IMG/VR virus record: IMGVR_UViG_3300034283_002790
Location: 96,001 to 160,000 of that record
Source: a virus
DNA length: 64,000 nucleotides
Reading direction: 5' to 3' (one strand)
Both the position numbers and the translations under genes were made by a program. Positions within the stretch are counted from its first letter, which is position 1, and each line of letters opens with the position of its first letter. This document shows positions 36,446 to 46,396 of the stretch, piece by piece. The notes below the pieces were generated by a model. The model was not told the DNA's origin, did no database searches, and was given only the letters and a program-made list of their open reading frames with translations.

Positions 36446-37543
36446 TTAATATCCATCATTGAATGGTTCGGGATTATTTTCTCTATCCTCTTGATTAACT
36501 CTTTCTTTTTCTTTTGAGTGAAGGTATGATAAATACATGTTTTCAATCCAACCTGGTTCTTCTTCTTCGTGTTCTTCCATGTCTTTATAAGAAAACAAGG
36601 AATTTTTTTTAATGTAATCCATCATTTCTTCCATTGTTATATCTTCAGGTTTTGAAATTGGTGGAACACATATATCACCTTTTTTTCTATGTTCAAACAC
36701 GGAAACATAATCCAAAGACAAGTCATTTCTGTGGAATTCTTGTTGGATTTCATTTAATTTTGTATCTTCAAACCATTCTTCAATAAGATACAATAAATAG
36801 TTTTTTCTAATTGGAAAAACATTCATCATTAGATCGACCATAATAGGATAAATGTATAACATTACTTCTTTAACACTTCTTTCACTTGTTGGTCTTTTAT
36901 CACTTGGCCCCCAATCAGGACTTTTGTCATCAAGTTCAACCCGTAGGTCTGCAATTTCTCTACCATTTTTACAAAATTTGAAGGAGAACCCGTGATATTT
37001 CCAATATTCTTCTTTGTAAATTTGTGAACCTTGGAAATAATAATTCAACCATGAATAAACGGAATTGTTAAAACTTTCATTTGGTTTTGGGAATTTTTTA
37101 GTTATTTCCTCTCTTAATATTTTTTTAATTGATTCTTTAAGGGTGTCTTCATTTGATTGATCATCTTCTTCAAAAACTGAAACATATAATGTGTTGAAAC
37201 TGATTATGTTTGCAACTCTTTGAGTGACTCCTCCATAAACTAATCTAATTTTATTTCGTATTTCATCTGCAAGGAGTTTTCCTATAATATCACCAATAAA
37301 AACTTTTTCTAAATTTGGATCTGGGACATTTGAGAAGTAATGATATTCTTTATACTGATTGTAAAACCAGTTTCCATCTACTAGAATGTCCCCCTCTATA
37401 CGTAAATTAGAATATGAGTTATACTCAAGTTTATTAATTGAAATATCATGGAACCAATCGTAACTCCGAGACAAAACAGAATTCAAATGTGATTCAAATT
37501 CTTCTAGTTTGTAACCCTCATCTTCGGTTGTGTTCGATTTCAT
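36446..37543 (-). CDS. Multi-module protein with an internal leader
   Basis: Internal TLKESIKKILREE. Confidence 0.7.
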   Translation of the reverse strand: MKSNTTEDEGYKLEEFESHLNSVLSRSYDWFHDISINKLEYNSYSNLRIEGDILVDGNWFYNQYKEYHYFSNVPDPNLEKVFIGDIIGKLLADEIRNKIRLVYGGVTQRVANIISFNTLYVSVFEEDDQSNEDTLKESIKKILREEITKKFPKPNESFNNSVYSWLNYYFQGSQIYKEEYWKYHGFSFKFCKNGREIADLRVELDDKSPDWGPSDKRPTSERSVKEVMLYIYPIMVDLMMNVFPIRKNYLLYLIEEWFEDTKLNEIQQEFHRNDLSLDYVSVFEHRKKGDICVPPISKPEDITMEEMMDYIKKNSLFSYKDMEEHEEEEPGWIENMYLSYLHSKEKERVNQEDRENNPEPFNDGY

Positions 37544-37566
37544 ATTACCATAAATATCAATAAAAT

Positions 37567-37600
37567 AAAAAAAGGGTAACTCAGTAACGAACTACCCTTT
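37567..37600 (-). terminator. Intrinsic terminator
   Basis: AAAGGGTAG...TTACCCTTTTTTT. Confidence 0.65.
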
Positions 37601-37620
37601 GACAAAATCATTTTGAAAAA

Positions 37621-38085
37621 TTAATACTTTGGATTCAACTCAAAATTAATTATAAACTCCGGATTAAAAACTGATCTTGAACAAACACCACATGAAAATG
37701 TTCCAGATGTTAATCTATTTCTTTTGTGAATTGTGCCACAAGTTTTACAAGATGCAATATATTTTGGTTCAGGAGTTTTTACTAGTTTAGAATTATAACA
37801 CCTATCACCAGTGCATCCAATTTCTTTTGCCTTTGCTTTCCAAACACGATCATGATGATGTCCTTTAGTTAAAGCATGTGCAATTTCATGTAGAATAGTA
37901 TTCCTAACCTCACTCTCTGAATTCAGTAACGTCAAGGGTCTGGATAAAGAAATTTGTTTTTTTCTATATGAACAACAACCAAATCTCCTTCTCGCATTGT
38001 CGAATGAAAATTTCCATCCTTTTTGTGAAATTCCATGTTGGTTCATAAGTTGATTTGCCAAAAAGTGTGCTCTTTCTAATTCCAT
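37621..38085 (-). CDS. SprT-like zinc metalloprotease
   Basis: ARRRFGCC, TILHEIAHAL...HHDRVWK, CxxC pairs; TACCTTTG promoter upstream. Confidence 0.85.
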   Translation of the reverse strand: MELERAHFLANQLMNQHGISQKGWKFSFDNARRRFGCCSYRKKQISLSRPLTLLNSESEVRNTILHEIAHALTKGHHHDRVWKAKAKEIGCTGDRCYNSKLVKTPEPKYIASCKTCGTIHKRNRLTSGTFSCGVCSRSVFNPEFIINFELNPKY

Positions 38086-38144
38086 AGGTAATAAATTAAT
38101 TTAAACAAAGGTAAGCAAAGTTTTTTAAATTGCCAAAAGTCAAC

Positions 38145-39059
38145 CTATTTTTTTTTCTTTACACAATTCGGATATCTTTTCCCAAACATGGTTTTCATAC
38201 CTTTTTGTGTATATCCTTTCCAACATTTTTCTGTAAGTTCTGACTCATTCATTTCCTCATCACATTTAGTAGAATCAAATGTAACAAAGACTTGGTTGAA
38301 CATCGGAAATTGGAGTATTTGATCTTTGAGGTCTTGTTTTTTCAAAAAATCATTAGTCTCAAGTTCTTCAAACTTATCATTAGGTATATGTAAGACAATT
38401 CTAGCGGCACCTAAGTTTTTATCGGGCCAATAAACTTTGGAGTTAACAACATAATTAATTGGGTCCCAATGAAACCCGCAAATTAAATCACCAAAATTTT
38501 TTTCAATGAATATTTTAATAAAATTTGTTTTAACTTTGTAATCCTTTTTTGTACGATCGTCAAACTCGATTTCATTAATGTACTCTCTACTATATTTTCT
38601 GAATCTGGATGGGTTTGATTTGACTACCGACTTTGGAAACCTCAGTCCGGAACCTTGTCTTCTTGCATTTTTTAATGTTCTTGCATACTCATCAAGTTCT
38701 TGTTCAACACCATTTATTATGTCTAATGTTTTAATGTTTGTTGAACTTTTTATCATTTTGGGAGCAACTCCTGCTTTTTTTGCTTCTTCCCACCTTTTTG
38801 CACATAAACACCACTTAACACCAGGTTCCAATATATCAAGATTGTTCCCCATTGAATTGGTGAACTCTAAAAACTTTTTTGTAACTCTTGCACACACCGT
38901 GTGACTTCCTGTATCGTCGTCTCCGGTTCTACAATATCCATCTCTATAAAAACCTGTCATTGGGTCCCTGGAACACATTTCTAACTTACCCCCATCTATA
39001 TTGAGGTCAGATTCAGTTTCTTCTTTTAATATTTTTTTTATAAAACTTTGTAGATTCAT
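38145..39059 (-). CDS. Leader plus DUF2237-like domain plus C-terminal KCWKGY..PNCV motif
   Basis: CSRDPMTGFYRDGYC.TG.DD.GSHTVCA...KWCLCAKRW. Confidence 0.75.
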   Translation of the reverse strand: MNLQSFIKKILKEETESDLNIDGGKLEMCSRDPMTGFYRDGYCRTGDDDTGSHTVCARVTKKFLEFTNSMGNNLDILEPGVKWCLCAKRWEEAKKAGVAPKMIKSSTNIKTLDIINGVEQELDEYARTLKNARRQGSGLRFPKSVVKSNPSRFRKYSREYINEIEFDDRTKKDYKVKTNFIKIFIEKNFGDLICGFHWDPINYVVNSKVYWPDKNLGAARIVLHIPNDKFEELETNDFLKKQDLKDQILQFPMFNQVFVTFDSTKCDEEMNESELTEKCWKGYTQKGMKTMFGKRYPNCVKKKK

Positions 39060-39082
39060 TCTAGTAATAAATAGTAATTTTG

Positions 39083-40057
39083 TTAAATTGTATAATCAAT
39101 CAACACGTCGTCAAAACCAGTTAATTTGAGATTTCTCATAAGATTATAAGTAAATTCGTTAAGTAGATCATTAATTTCTTGGTGTATTTCCCAAGCAAAC
39201 TCAAAGTCCTTTAATTTTTTTGATTTAAGATCTAAAGTTTCGTCTGTCATCATGAGGGTTACTGTTCCTTCTACTATCTCATAGAAAAATAAAAGATAAT
39301 TGTCGTTATTTTGAACGTATAAAAGTTTAAAAATAAATTCATATCCTCCAGTATTAATATTAAAATCACGAATATCCAACTTTCTTTCTTGGAAATATTC
39401 CGTAATCATCTCTGTGGATATGATATTAAAAATATTCGAAAGATTTTCAATGCCATCAACATATTTACTTGCCGCAATCAATCCCTGGGTTTCTATTATG
39501 TTTAATAAATAAGTTTTTAACCTAGATTTATTATTTTCATTTACTACATCTTTATTGTTTTTTGGATGAATCTTATGTAAAATTCCTTGTAGTTCTGATT
39601 CATAGAATTTGTATCCACGAATTATAATTTCCTGATTATCAAAATTTTCACCATTTATTTTTATAACATCAACTAATGGAGTTCTAGGAAAAAAAGAAGA
39701 AATTTCCGTATTTAATTTGAAAGAAAATTCAACTTCATCATTTTGTATTACAATGAACGTTTTTAACTTTTCATTTTGGATTGGACTTAATTTTTTGTGG
39801 TCATAAATTACATTTATCAATGCGGTTCCTTGAGTTTCCCATCTATTTAATTTGTAACCAATTATCTCGAAATCAAACTCATAATTATTTCCCAAAAATG
39901 AATAATATACTTTTCCATTCAAATTATTGAGTATGTCACTTAATTCCGGATCATTTAATGAAAAGTTTTTTAGATGTTCTAATCCACCAAATAATTCTAA
40001 AGTCTTAGCCATTCCACCCCTTTGAATTAATTTTTTTATTTTATGGGATAAATTCAT
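39083..40057 (-). CDS. Two-module hypothetical protein
   Basis: Two G-x3-[TA]-x4-G[G/I] modules. Confidence 0.7.
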   Translation of the reverse strand: MNLSHKIKKLIQRGGMAKTLELFGGLEHLKNFSLNDPELSDILNNLNGKVYYSFLGNNYEFDFEIIGYKLNRWETQGTALINVIYDHKKLSPIQNEKLKTFIVIQNDEVEFSFKLNTEISSFFPRTPLVDVIKINGENFDNQEIIIRGYKFYESELQGILHKIHPKNNKDVVNENNKSRLKTYLLNIIETQGLIAASKYVDGIENLSNIFNIISTEMITEYFQERKLDIRDFNINTGGYEFIFKLLYVQNNDNYLLFFYEIVEGTVTLMMTDETLDLKSKKLKDFEFAWEIHQEINDLLNEFTYNLMRNLKLTGFDDVLIDYTI

Positions 40058-40064
40058 ATTTCTT

Positions 40065-40481
40065 CTAACTAATAACTTTTATATAATAATCATTTCTTCT
40101 GAAAACAGGGTGTCCTATAGGTTGTGTTTTGAATGGAAAAAATTCATTTATGAGTTGCGAGATTCCCCCAGCGTAGGGACCAAAATACCGAGAATGTGGA
40201 TCTCCTATTTCAACAGTCAAAATTTTTCGTCCAAGGTGATTAATATCTAGATTTACAGAAATAACATTTAAACCCTCAATGTGTTCAATAAAATTAATTA
40301 CAAGCATATCCCTGGTACTTTCATCATTCAAATCCAAATCTAAAACCGAAACCAATTGATCCAGTCCACCTAATACATTCGAAGTTTTATACACTCCTTG
40401 AGTATCAAGTAAATTTTCAATTTTATTTTGAAAAGAAGTTTCTTCTTTTATGATTTTTAATATTTTACTTTTTAAACTCAT
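40065..40481 (-). CDS. Leader-bearing protein
   Basis: MSLKSKILKIIKEE; QGVYKTSNVLGGL. Confidence 0.7.
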   Translation of the reverse strand: MSLKSKILKIIKEETSFQNKIENLLDTQGVYKTSNVLGGLDQLVSVLDLDLNDESTRDMLVINFIEHIEGLNVISVNLDINHLGRKILTVEIGDPHSRYFGPYAGGISQLINEFFPFKTQPIGHPVFRRNDYYIKVIS

Positions 40482-40484
40482 ATT

Positions 40485-41909
40485 TTAATCAATTTCAAAA
40501 ACAGTGTATACGGTATCATTTATAGTGATTTCTTCGTAATCTGAACTGTGATAATTTAATTCACTAGCATCATATTCGTCTCTTAAATCATCTTTTAATG
40601 CCTCAAAATTAATAAAATCTGAAAAATCTTCGTAACCATAGTCTCTTAATTTATCAACTGGGTAGTTTGTTATTTCATAAAGCAAATCTTCTAGAACTTC
40701 TTCCACCGAATCCTCATCAAGTTCACCGTCGGGATTTTCTTTAATATCATCAATTTCATATTCTATGTCTGAAATTCTACTTTCTCTCTCCGATTCAATT
40801 TCTTCCGTATCTTGGTCATCATATAATTGAAATGGTTGGACTAATTTTTTATTCTTGTATAAGATCCAATTATTTCCGTCATATTTGTATTCAAACCTAT
40901 TGTCATCAATATCAGTAAAATCAAAGACATTGAAACTATTTTCTTGTGTTGGTTCGTAAATCGGGGGTCGCCCACCGAATCTTTCATAAAAATCTTTTTC
41001 CATTTCTAATAACCAAATTTCTTCCTCTTGATCTGAACTTAAAGACCTTTCTATGTTGTAATTTTCCGGATTTTCCCAAATATTTTCTCTCTCACTTTCT
41101 TCAAAATAATTTGCAACCTCATCACCATCAACATATTGTTCAAGATAAGAATTATCAAAGTAGTTTTTAACATCATCGAGTATAGAATCAATATAATCTT
41201 CTAATGATCTTTGGACCATATCTTCATCTCCAACTGCATATAACTTTTCGGTACTCAATGATCGAAAAGTTTCAAGACTCCAATGTGTTCCTTCTTTTAC
41301 AAAATCATATACATCTGTTTTACCTTCTTCTATTTCAGTGATTTCATCATCTAGTTCAGTAATCAAATCAAATAATTCAGTATCTTTTTCATTTTCAAAT
41401 TCGTTATTTAAATCTAAATTTTCTCTTTCATTTTCTAACGCTTCTATTCTAGATTGAAGTTCGGCCAATCTTTCTAAATCCTCTTGGTCAAATTTACCAA
41501 TATCCCCTTGTATGTATGCATACTCAAAACAAGCATTTGCCATTTCACCTTCTTTATCCGTATCGTTGATATCCCAAACATTTTCTTGTCTTCTTTCATT
41601 AGCAAGTTCTAATTCTCTAAGTTTTTTTAATTTTTTTAAATGTCTATCATAGGGTGTATCGTAATATACTAATCTAGTACTTGTGACATCTTCAATCCAT
41701 GTTATTTCAGTATTTGAAAAATTCAAAGGTCCTTCAACAGTAATGTCATATAATTTTCCTTTAATAGGTAAACCTCTTAAATCTAACCCCCCGGTTATAA
41801 TTAAATGCTTACCTTTAAACATTTTTATATTTCTGAGTCCTTCGTAATTATAGTTTGTTGATTGTAAGTACAACAAAAATTCTTCTGGTGTTAATTTAAT
41901 ATTTTCCAT
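40485..41909 (-). CDS. Large acidic protein with an N-terminal LRR-like stretch
   Basis: GGLDLRGLPI...GPLNFSNTEIT; D/E-rich. Confidence 0.7.
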   Translation of the reverse strand: MENIKLTPEEFLLYLQSTNYNYEGLRNIKMFKGKHLIITGGLDLRGLPIKGKLYDITVEGPLNFSNTEITWIEDVTSTRLVYYDTPYDRHLKKLKKLRELELANERRQENVWDINDTDKEGEMANACFEYAYIQGDIGKFDQEDLERLAELQSRIEALENERENLDLNNEFENEKDTELFDLITELDDEITEIEEGKTDVYDFVKEGTHWSLETFRSLSTEKLYAVGDEDMVQRSLEDYIDSILDDVKNYFDNSYLEQYVDGDEVANYFEESERENIWENPENYNIERSLSSDQEEEIWLLEMEKDFYERFGGRPPIYEPTQENSFNVFDFTDIDDNRFEYKYDGNNWILYKNKKLVQPFQLYDDQDTEEIESERESRISDIEYEIDDIKENPDGELDEDSVEEVLEDLLYEITNYPVDKLRDYGYEDFSDFINFEALKDDLRDEYDASELNYHSSDYEEITINDTVYTVFEID

Positions 41910-41912
41910 AAT

Positions 41913-42359
41913 TTAGTTAGAATATTCATCCTCACAGTTTATTTGATTGGACACGTAATTTTTCAATATTATCTTTGCCCAGTCTTGCAATTCCTCACTT
42001 TCAAATCCAAAATAATAATTTAACGAAAAATTACTATGAAATGGAACTAAATCAAAAAGTTTTATTTTGGAATTATCACAAAACCAAGTGCTGTAAAACA
42101 TTGTGTGGTTCATAAATCCTTGGTCAACATTCCCTTTCAATTTTACTTGTAAATCTACTTTGTAATGTCTTTTACCCTTATAATAAACTGGCGTTACTTG
42201 TGTTTTAGGGTAACCAGTTATTATTAATTCACAGAATTTTTCAATTATTTTAGATATTTCATCAAATCTTTTTAAGTCCATTTCAATAATTATATAATCT
42301 ATTATGTTTTGTTTTAAACTCAAAGTAATCTTTTTGAATTTTCTCATAATAATGATCAA
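41913..42359 (-). CDS. Hypothetical protein (start uncertain)
   Basis: ORF track; may start at MDLKRF. Confidence 0.55.
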   Translation of the reverse strand: MIIIMRKFKKITLSLKQNIIDYIIIEMDLKRFDEISKIIEKFCELIITGYPKTQVTPVYYKGKRHYKVDLQVKLKGNVDQGFMNHTMFYSTWFCDNSKIKLFDLVPFHSNFSLNYYFGFESEELQDWAKIILKNYVSNQINCEDEYSN

Positions 42360-42642
42360 TAAGAATCAATCTTAGATTTTCTTTTTCTAAATCAATATCA
42401 TTCTTAAATTTAATGGAATAAAGTTCCCTTATGAAAAATTTGATTATTAATTTTTTATAACTATTAAACTTGATTAACTCGGGATTCTCTAACTGAATTT
42501 TATTCAATTTATTAACACCTTCATAATAAATTCGGTTCAGGTCATCGATCGAACAAATTTCAAGAAAACTTTTTTTAGTAGAATAACTAACTTTTTTTTT
42601 AAAAGATAAAAAAATTAAAAGTTTCTGAATAAATTTTTTCAT
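42283..42642 (-). CDS. Hypothetical protein
   Basis: 119 aa ORF. Confidence 0.55.
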   Translation of the reverse strand: MKKFIQKLLIFLSFKKKVSYSTKKSFLEICSIDDLNRIYYEGVNKLNKIQLENPELIKFNSYKKLIIKFFIRELYSIKFKNDIDLEKENLRLILIDHYYEKIQKDYFEFKTKHNRLYNY

Positions 42643-42719
42643 TTTTGACTCAAAGTTAGTTATTTTTTATATTTTTGTACTCTAATCTTATAATAAATAT
42701 AAATTTTTAAATTAAAGTT

Positions 42720-43067
42720 ATGGATAATTTTCAAGTTTTAGTGTTCAGGTTGTTTGAATTTTTTGTGACAGTGATTTCAAATTTGTTTTCCATCATAGTT
42801 TATATTGTTATAAGACTCGAAACCAAGTCTCCGGAAAAAACTAAAAAGATTTATTCTCTAATTTATGATAACAATTCAAAGAGTTCCAAAAAACCAGTGA
42901 TCAAAAAAGTCGCAAAATTTGACAATACAAATACGGAGGAGGATTGTGATCCTAAAAAACAAAGTATAATTGATTCCTTAAATTATCTTAAAAGTAAACC
43001 CAATAAAACTAAACAGGACAAAGAATCAATTTACAGTTTAGAGATGATTCTTAAAAATTTGAAATAA
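42720..43067 (+). CDS. Membrane-anchored hypothetical protein
   Basis: N-terminal hydrophobic segment. Confidence 0.55.
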   Translation: MDNFQVLVFRLFEFFVTVISNLFSIIVYIVIRLETKSPEKTKKIYSLIYDNNSKSSKKPVIKKVAKFDNTNTEEDCDPKKQSIIDSLNYLKSKPNKTKQDKESIYSLEMILKNLK

Positions 43068-43278
43068 ATCGTCCTAAATTATTATCAAAATTGCGGGAGT
43101 AAAAATCAAACTTTTTTGGTTTCTTTGTTTCTCCGTGAAAAACTCCCGTTTCATAAATTCTATTTATATGATTTTTTTCATCATTTTGAAATTTTTGTGC
43201 TAATTCTAACACATTCTGATCTGTTGATTCATCTTTTTGTAAGTGATCTATAAACTTTTGAAAAGGGGTTTTATCCAT
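43051..43278 (-). CDS. Small hypothetical protein
   Basis: Start corrected to MDKTPFQKF. Confidence 0.55.
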   Translation of the reverse strand: MDKTPFQKFIDHLQKDESTDQNVLELAQKFQNDEKNHINRIYETGVFHGETKKPKKFDFYSRNFDNNLGRFISNF

Positions 43279-43297
43279 AATAAAATAAATATAAAGT

Positions 43298-43780
43298 TTA
43301 TTCAAAATAATCAAAACACCAAATCGGTGTCTGATCACCCACATACGATCCATGAACATTATAATAAAAATGTTCCAAAGCATCTTCTTCAGTCATATCT
43401 TGTCTGAGAATATCCAAACACTTTGACATTGAATAAATCAGTTTCCCTGTGTTTTCCTCAACTCCAATTATTGCTTCATCAAACCCATCTGCCTTGAGAA
43501 AAGTGTCGTCAGGGAATCTTTCAATAATTGAATCAATTAGTTTTTCTTGATTGAATTCTATAATAGAAGCAACATCTTTTTCAGTAATATCAAATTCATT
43601 TTCACCAAAAGCAATAGTTTGAACCATAAAATACACTTCCGAACCATCCGACAAACCTTGGTCGTCCGGAGAATTTGGATTAAGGTCAAAATCTATGATC
43701 TTCCAGGGTTCTTGGTGTGTAGATATGTGTCTAACAACAAATTTATTGTCATTAGTTTTTTTTAGATAACCTTTCAACAT
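43298..43780 (-). CDS. Conserved phage hypothetical protein
   Basis: LKADGFDEAIIGV...YSMSKC...EEDALEHFYYNV.GSYVG..TP. Confidence 0.7.
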   Translation of the reverse strand: MLKGYLKKTNDNKFVVRHISTHQEPWKIIDFDLNPNSPDDQGLSDGSEVYFMVQTIAFGENEFDITEKDVASIIEFNQEKLIDSIIERFPDDTFLKADGFDEAIIGVEENTGKLIYSMSKCLDILRQDMTEEDALEHFYYNVHGSYVGDQTPIWCFDYFE

Positions 43781-43816
43781 TTTTTTATTTAATTATAGTA
43801 AAAAAAATATTAAAAA

Positions 43817-44620
43817 TCAAATAGAAATATCATCAAGTGAATTTGCTATTTTTTGGTAAATAGGTAAATAATCTTTGGGATCTTGAGTAAAACCAACTGG
43901 GGGTTCAACTAATGAAACTTCGTAATCAGTAAATTCTTGGTAATAATCCGAAACTTGGTTTTTATAATCGGTAATGCCTTGTAAAAATCCCCAACCATAA
44001 GATCCTTGAATCACATATAGTCTGGCGTTAGGGAAGACTCTTTCAAGTTCTTCAACTAAAAGATAAATTGGGTCGTTTAAATTAAACTCAAAATAAGATC
44101 CAACAGAAATAGCAACTTTTTTGACATTTTCATAAGATCCATCTATTTTTTTTAATGACTTCATCAACCATCTAACATCGGCATCTGACTTCCAGAGATT
44201 CTTTTCTGAAGGATCAGAACCAATCAATCTGAAAAAATCTGACTCAATCGATATATAATAAACATGAAAATCACCAATTAAAATATTGTCCGGGGGTTTG
44301 ACATCCTGAGTCGGTTTTTTTATTACCTTCGGCTCTTGTATTGGTTTTTGTTTAACTTTGACTGGTCTTGGTACAATTTGATCAATCTTTGGTTTTTTTT
44401 CTGGTTCATCTTTTTTTTCTTTTACCTTTTTTAGTTCAGATTTGAGTTCATCAGATGTCAACGATCCACCATTAAATAAATCAATCAGAGATTTGACCAT
44501 TCCTAGTTGTGGGGATAAAGAAAATATAGAAAATCCACCCAGATTAAATTCTTTAAGTTGATCTTTTTTAATGGATTCAACAATAATCTTAAATTGATTT
44601 TTAGTTAATTTGAGTTTCAT
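43817..44620 (-). CDS. SGNH-like protein lacking the catalytic Ser, paralog of 16924..17811
   Basis: LIGDFH in place of VIGDSQ; shared IQGS.GWG.L. Confidence 0.6.
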   Translation of the reverse strand: MKLKLTKNQFKIIVESIKKDQLKEFNLGGFSIFSLSPQLGMVKSLIDLFNGGSLTSDELKSELKKVKEKKDEPEKKPKIDQIVPRPVKVKQKPIQEPKVIKKPTQDVKPPDNILIGDFHVYYISIESDFFRLIGSDPSEKNLWKSDADVRWLMKSLKKIDGSYENVKKVAISVGSYFEFNLNDPIYLLVEELERVFPNARLYVIQGSYGWGFLQGITDYKNQVSDYYQEFTDYEVSLVEPPVGFTQDPKDYLPIYQKIANSLDDISI

Positions 44621-44633
44621 TCAAATATAAATA

Positions 44634-44861
44634 TCACTTAAATGGAGATTTTGATTTAGTAAGTTGACCTCTTTGTCTTTTTTTTCGTGCCTGGCAATGT
44701 GCTTTTTGAGAGAATCCTTTAGGGTTATTACAATTTATTGACTTTTTGTATTTTTTTGACCAGGTTTCTTCAATATCATTTTCAAATAATAGATCATCGA
44801 AGATATGTATGTCTAATTCTAAAAGTTTGTGTTTTTGTAATTCACTAATAATCACTTTCAT
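44634..44861 (-). CDS. Small basic leader-bearing protein
   Basis: MKVIISELQ; WSKKYKKSINCNNPKGFSQKAHC. Confidence 0.7.
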   Translation of the reverse strand: MKVIISELQKHKLLELDIHIFDDLLFENDIEETWSKKYKKSINCNNPKGFSQKAHCQARKKRQRGQLTKSKSPFK

Positions 44862-45667
44862 TTAAATTCAAGTTCAGATACTTTAAGAGGACTAGAAAAT
44901 AGTTCTACTGTACAATAATTATTTCCTTTTTGAGAAATTAAATTACTTTCCACAGTAATTTCTCCGTCATTTGGAAAATAAAGTATTTGATTTTGATTAT
45001 TTACAAATGCTAGGTAATTTACTAAAGATGTTGAATACCCATTTTCTGGAAATGACTTCAAGGATATTTTATAGGAATCGTTTTGAGTTTTGTGACCGAA
45101 TATTTTTTTAACCTGAAGAGTTAACTTACCATTTGGATTTTTGAATATTAAATCAGTACCGTCTAACATATCTTTTTTTCCTCCGGGATAGAAGTTGAAT
45201 TCTGTGTCTAATTTAAAAAAACTTTTTATATCGTGAAAAACACAAAATTCTTTCTCTGTACCTAATTCAATCATAGAGAAATTAATATTGACTAGTTCTT
45301 TTAATTTATCACCTTTCTTATTTTCGATGATGAACTTTCTGATAAAGTCCAGAAAATTATGAGTCGTTTTAACTGGAAAATTAATATCTTTATTAAAATG
45401 TTCTAATAACTTTTCTAAAACAGCATTGTTGGTTGAAAAAAAATTCAAAACGGACCAGTCTGACTTAGGAATTTTATATTTATTGGAGTATTCAGTAAAA
45501 GAGTGAAATAATAAAACACCTTCTTTTGTTGTGTAATTTAGTTCTTTATTTGTTATCGATCCCCAATATTTAGAATTACCAAAAAGATCTTTCAGCATTC
45601 GATGAAAATTCAAGCAGAAGTTTTCATCTTGTTTAATTTTTTTTAGATTTAACATTTTTTTCTTCAA
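44858..45667 (-). CDS. Hypothetical protein
   Basis: 269 aa ORF. Confidence 0.65.
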   Translation of the reverse strand: MKKKMLNLKKIKQDENFCLNFHRMLKDLFGNSKYWGSITNKELNYTTKEGVLLFHSFTEYSNKYKIPKSDWSVLNFFSTNNAVLEKLLEHFNKDINFPVKTTHNFLDFIRKFIIENKKGDKLKELVNINFSMIELGTEKEFCVFHDIKSFFKLDTEFNFYPGGKKDMLDGTDLIFKNPNGKLTLQVKKIFGHKTQNDSYKISLKSFPENGYSTSLVNYLAFVNNQNQILYFPNDGEITVESNLISQKGNNYCTVELFSSPLKVSELEFK

Positions 45668-45685
45668 ATGATACGAAAAAAAAAG

Positions 45686-46396
45686 TTATAGGTCAATATA
45701 CTTTAAAAATTCTTCGGTCACGTCCAGGTCACGAATAGAATAATCATTAGTTGGGTTATACCAAGTGTGTGTAATTGTAACATCAATTTTGGATTTTTCA
45801 TCCGCCTGTTCAACACTGATTTCACCCCGACTACCATCATCAATTTCCCAACCTGGATAAAGATTATTTAAAAAATGATAAAATTCTTCTTCGATATAAT
45901 CAAAACTTTTACTATTAATTCCAGAAAAGTCCGGTTCAAAATTTTCAATATATCCACTATCACCGTAACCATTATAAGTTGCAGAAATTCCATTAATATC
46001 TAGATCATGAAGTGCATGGTAAAACTCTAAGTTGTCAATTTCTTTGTTAAATTCCTGTTCTTCTTCTGTCAAATAATCTTCATTGAAAGAAAATAATATT
46101 TTTCCATCTGGAAATATTTCTAATGAAACCGATCCTCTTGGGTACTCAAAATCTGAAATTGAGTTATTATAAATGATGTCTTTAACAAATGTGCTTTCTA
46201 AAAAACTATCAGAAATCTTTTCAACAAAGTTTTCAATATGGGGAATTGTTAAATCCACATGTTTTTCAGGGGTACTTATTGATATATTAAGGTCGTCTAT
46301 TTCCCATCCCAAATCCCAATAGGCTTGAGCCGAAACAGATTCGGCACCAGAGGCTTTTATAAAATTAATTAGTAAATTAAAATTATTCATAATCAT
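45686..46396 (-). CDS. DUF6878-like acidic protein
   Basis: YNGYGDSGYIE...GWEIDDGSRG. Confidence 0.55.
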   Translation of the reverse strand: MIMNNFNLLINFIKASGAESVSAQAYWDLGWEIDDLNISISTPEKHVDLTIPHIENFVEKISDSFLESTFVKDIIYNNSISDFEYPRGSVSLEIFPDGKILFSFNEDYLTEEEQEFNKEIDNLEFYHALHDLDINGISATYNGYGDSGYIENFEPDFSGINSKSFDYIEEEFYHFLNNLYPGWEIDDGSRGEISVEQADEKSKIDVTITHTWYNPTNDYSIRDLDVTEEFLKYIDL

